Assembly (NCBI GenBank): GCA_977030845.1 | Contig: OZ365110.1 | Coordinates: 18,166,001-18,230,000, forward strand | DNA: 64,000 nucleotides | Source: Fimbriosthenelais zetlandica | Lineage: Eukaryota | Direction of reading: 5' to 3' | Shown: positions 61,147-64,000 of the stretch, piece by piece | Position numbering within the stretch: the first letter of the stretch is position 1 | Layout of the letters: every line of letters begins with the position of its first letter | The notes under the pieces: generated by a model | The model's database searches: none | What the model was told of the DNA's origin: nothing | Seen by the model: the letters and a program-made list of their open reading frames with translations, nothing else | Made by a program: the position numbers and the translations under genes

Positions 61147-63366
61147 CAAACTTACAGTTTGATTCAATATCACAGACACAATCAAGACCCATCACTGTTT
61201 GTATGCATACTTGTACATAGGCGTTTGTATTTGGACAACACCACTCATACCTACATAATTACATACAAGCATACATGTTACATACCAATTTGCATAGATG
61301 AAGCCTGTTTGTATGTAGTGGCCTCCACGGGACAATGGCAGGATTTTCTGAATGATTGTACAATGATTGTTTTCATAATCTATAGATATATAAATATATA
61401 AATATATATATTATATGGCATCCGTATCACCGGGATATGTATATAGTGCTTTGTAATGATGAACTCTGTACAGTTGAGTTGTAAGAAAGCCTGTTCTAGA
61501 TAATTACTAATTAGAGAATTATTGAAACAATCATGTTGACCATTATTGGGTAAAAAAGAAAAGAAAAGCGGAGGCAAAATATGAAATGATTATTATTGTG
61601 CTGTATTCTTGTACAAAGAAATCAATTGTATATAGCTTAAATCAGGTGAGCTGTGTGTAGGAAGTTGTGTACATTTCTTGGTTACACGCATGGCTGTTCA
61701 TGCAGCCTCATGCATTCAGCTCTTCAACCAGCACAGATCATGTGTCGAGCATGGTGTTTTGATGACAGTTGTTGTTACTTTTGCCAGCACGGCAGATTCT
61801 CACCTATATTGTATGTATTTTTCCTGCGTCATAGCCTCTTATCAGTTTGTGTTGATGAAGAAATGTTGATAACAATTATGATGTTGATTATTATTCTATT
61901 GACGAATCAAGAGTGTGACAAAGTCACTCACGTGTTCAACATAAATGTAGCTTGTCTTATATGCAGAGAGGGGTTTAGCCTTTGGAGTGACTTTTTTCTC
62001 TAATTTAAGTTAGCTTCTATCCTTTGCCTGATTTTATTTTTATTCTTTATACTTTCGGTCCTTCCCCAAAGCGGTGTTTAGGATAGGTAGTAGAAAAAAG
62101 CTTTCCATTCGTGGAAACTTGACACACGTGTACCACAATGTCTGTATAAGTGCATAATGCAGAGGGAACTGGCCGATAGGGTGTGTTTATTATTATTACT
62201 TGCATTAATATATATATGATAGGAAATGATCAAGGACATGAATGGATAAACATGGCTGTCAATGGCTTCTGTATAGCTAAATCAGACCAAAAAAGATTTG
62301 CTACTAAAAAGGAAATATGCAATGTCTTTTGAAGGTTCTTCTAGAGATGAAATGATATAAACCTACACCATAAAAAGTGAGAATGGTTGCATTTAGAATG
62401 GAAGTGTAACTAAATGTACGATTTGCTCAAATCTCTCCGCGTTTCTTTGACTGAATTGAATAAACCTTCAAAACTAGTTTGGCATTAGATTACAGTTTCT
62501 GTCATACTCATTGTTTGTCCAATTATGTGCATTTTGTATTTTTATATTCTGTATCCATTAATAAATCTAGTGCACATAATGAAACGAATAATATCTTGTG
62601 TTTCTTCTGCATCACTAGGTATCGTGTGATAGATCTGCCATTTGACTCATCGGCTCTTTTTCTAACCCTTGACTAAGAACAAACTCACAAGATGAACAAT
62701 CTTGGCTTAGAAAATACAAATGTGGAGAAGTAAAATGCCTTGGAAGTTTTTGCTCTTTAATACATCTATACATGAACATAGTCTTGATCAATTTATATCA
62801 CTCCTGAATAACACATCCTAAATGGTTTTGGTTCTTGCCTCGGTCTTGCTTTAAGAGGTTTTGAATAATCCACATCTTTCTCATAATGAAGGTACCAGAT
62901 CCATACAGTGGTCTTACTCTATATATTATGATTAAACACAGGGAATTTCATACCGTTAACACCGCGAATATGTGCTAAGTAGCTTCGCTATCTGTAGCTA
63001 TTGGTGTCGAACCAGAAATGGTTATAGCTGTATGAAAGCCCTTTAAACTCCCTATCTCTACAGTTGTAATTTTACATGCATCGCAGTTTGAAAATAAACA
63101 TCTTATAAAATGAACTAGGCCATTGGCTATATCTGAGTAATTTTCTTTCGGTCTGTGAGTCTATAATTCTTCATAGTTACTTTAAAATCAATTAATAAAT
63201 AATTGGAGAGTCAGGACTATAAATTAATAGTAATAATGTGAATTTATAAAAGTAGATCTACCTCTGATTCTATTGTAAATATTGAATAAATTAAGTAATT
63301 TTAATTTCACTTTAATTTATAACTTGCATTCAGTACACAACTCAAGTAAAACTGGCATTTTAAAAC

Positions 63367-63455
63367 TAGGGGGGCGACCATTAGAAGAATACTCGAGGGC
63401 CTGGAGTTTTTTTGTTTTTTTTAAAATAAATATATTTTTCATTGTCTTGTACTAT
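63367..63455 (+). mobile_element. Partial copy of the AGGGGCRACCATTA MITE family
   Basis: TAGGGGGGCGACCATTAGAAG..GAGGGCCTGGA matches the reverse complement of 26765-26797. Confidence 0.65.
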
Positions 63456-63589
63456 CATTAGTCAAGTTTTGGTGATGAATGGAGTAGGGGATCCCCCAAT
63501 ATAGTAATGGGTGCATGGCTGAAGCTTCCTGCTCGTCCAGCACTCGAGCTCGCACCTGCTTCTATAAATAGGTCACCAGTATTGTAATT

Positions 63590-63670
63590 CGCCACTGTGA
63601 GATGGCGCCACCTTACTGCTGAGACTATCAACTTCCGGTTGGACTTTGGTGACTGAGAGATCGTGAAAAG
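63590..63670 (+). promoter_or_regulatory. PEX13 promoter / 5' UTR
   Basis: YY1-type GAGATGGCG at about 63600, ETS ACTTCCGG at about 63632, and AAGATGGC overlapping the start codon. Confidence 0.6.
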
Positions 63671-63753
63671 ATGGCTGCCCCTCCCAAACCTTGGGAAAGA
63701 GCAGGCATTAACAGCCAAAATTCAATTCCAAACCTCAGTAATCAATTCGCCAG
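63671..63753 (+). CDS. PEX13: Peroxisomal membrane protein PEX13, first exon only (3'-partial)
   Basis: MAAPPKPWERAG.. carries the conserved PEX13 N-terminal PPKPWE motif. Strong donor AG|GTAAGT at 63753/63754. Confidence 0.8.
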
Positions 63754-64000
63754 GTAAGTGGCTTTATCCATGATCCCTTCCAGATTGTGTTTTAAGTCAT
63801 TTCATTATGAATGACATTGACTACCATCATTAGACATTACCATTAAGGCCTAGGCCTAGGCTAGGCTGCCTGTACTGTGTAGTGTAGAGTGTAGTGTAGG
63901 CTGTATGGCATGGCTCTGCCATAGCCCTGCCTATGGCCTATATGCTATATGGCATATTTAATGTGTCGGTAGTTGAAAGGGGAAGCATACATCTGATGAT

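Overview
AT-rich, intron-rich genomic DNA from an animal, most likely an invertebrate bilaterian (inferred from gene content and intron style). Six genes were reconstructed by hand with GT-AG exon chains that keep frame. GAK/auxilin (+, 5' end outside the window) lies tail-to-tail with HAUS3 (-, 13 coding exons, 618 aa). HAUS3 is head-to-head with a CENP-C orthologue (+, about 1227 aa). These are followed by EIF2S1/eIF2-alpha (+, 315 aa), NCOA6 (+, about 2918 aa, with two coding exons over 4 kb and three long introns) and the first exon of PEX13 (+). Several non-autonomous DNA transposons are present, including a TTAA-flanked piggyBac-type MITE that carries two RFX X-boxes. No tRNA, rRNA or CRISPR array could be supported. 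The most interesting unexplained signal is a hidden RNA-processing layer in the NCOA6 introns: an in-frame 87-nt cassette exon, candidate microexons, an intronic poly(A) site and an alternative last exon, each near a dense sense-strand YCAY (Nova/Pasilla-type) cluster, and elsewhere YCAY blocks paired with complementary GUGG blocks. Also notable are a 223-bp structured element in the HAUS3 leader intron, a shared cell-cycle promoter between HAUS3 and CENP-C, and a strong excess of TA-NNNN-TA palindromes. All homology calls come from recalled family sequences; no database searches were run.
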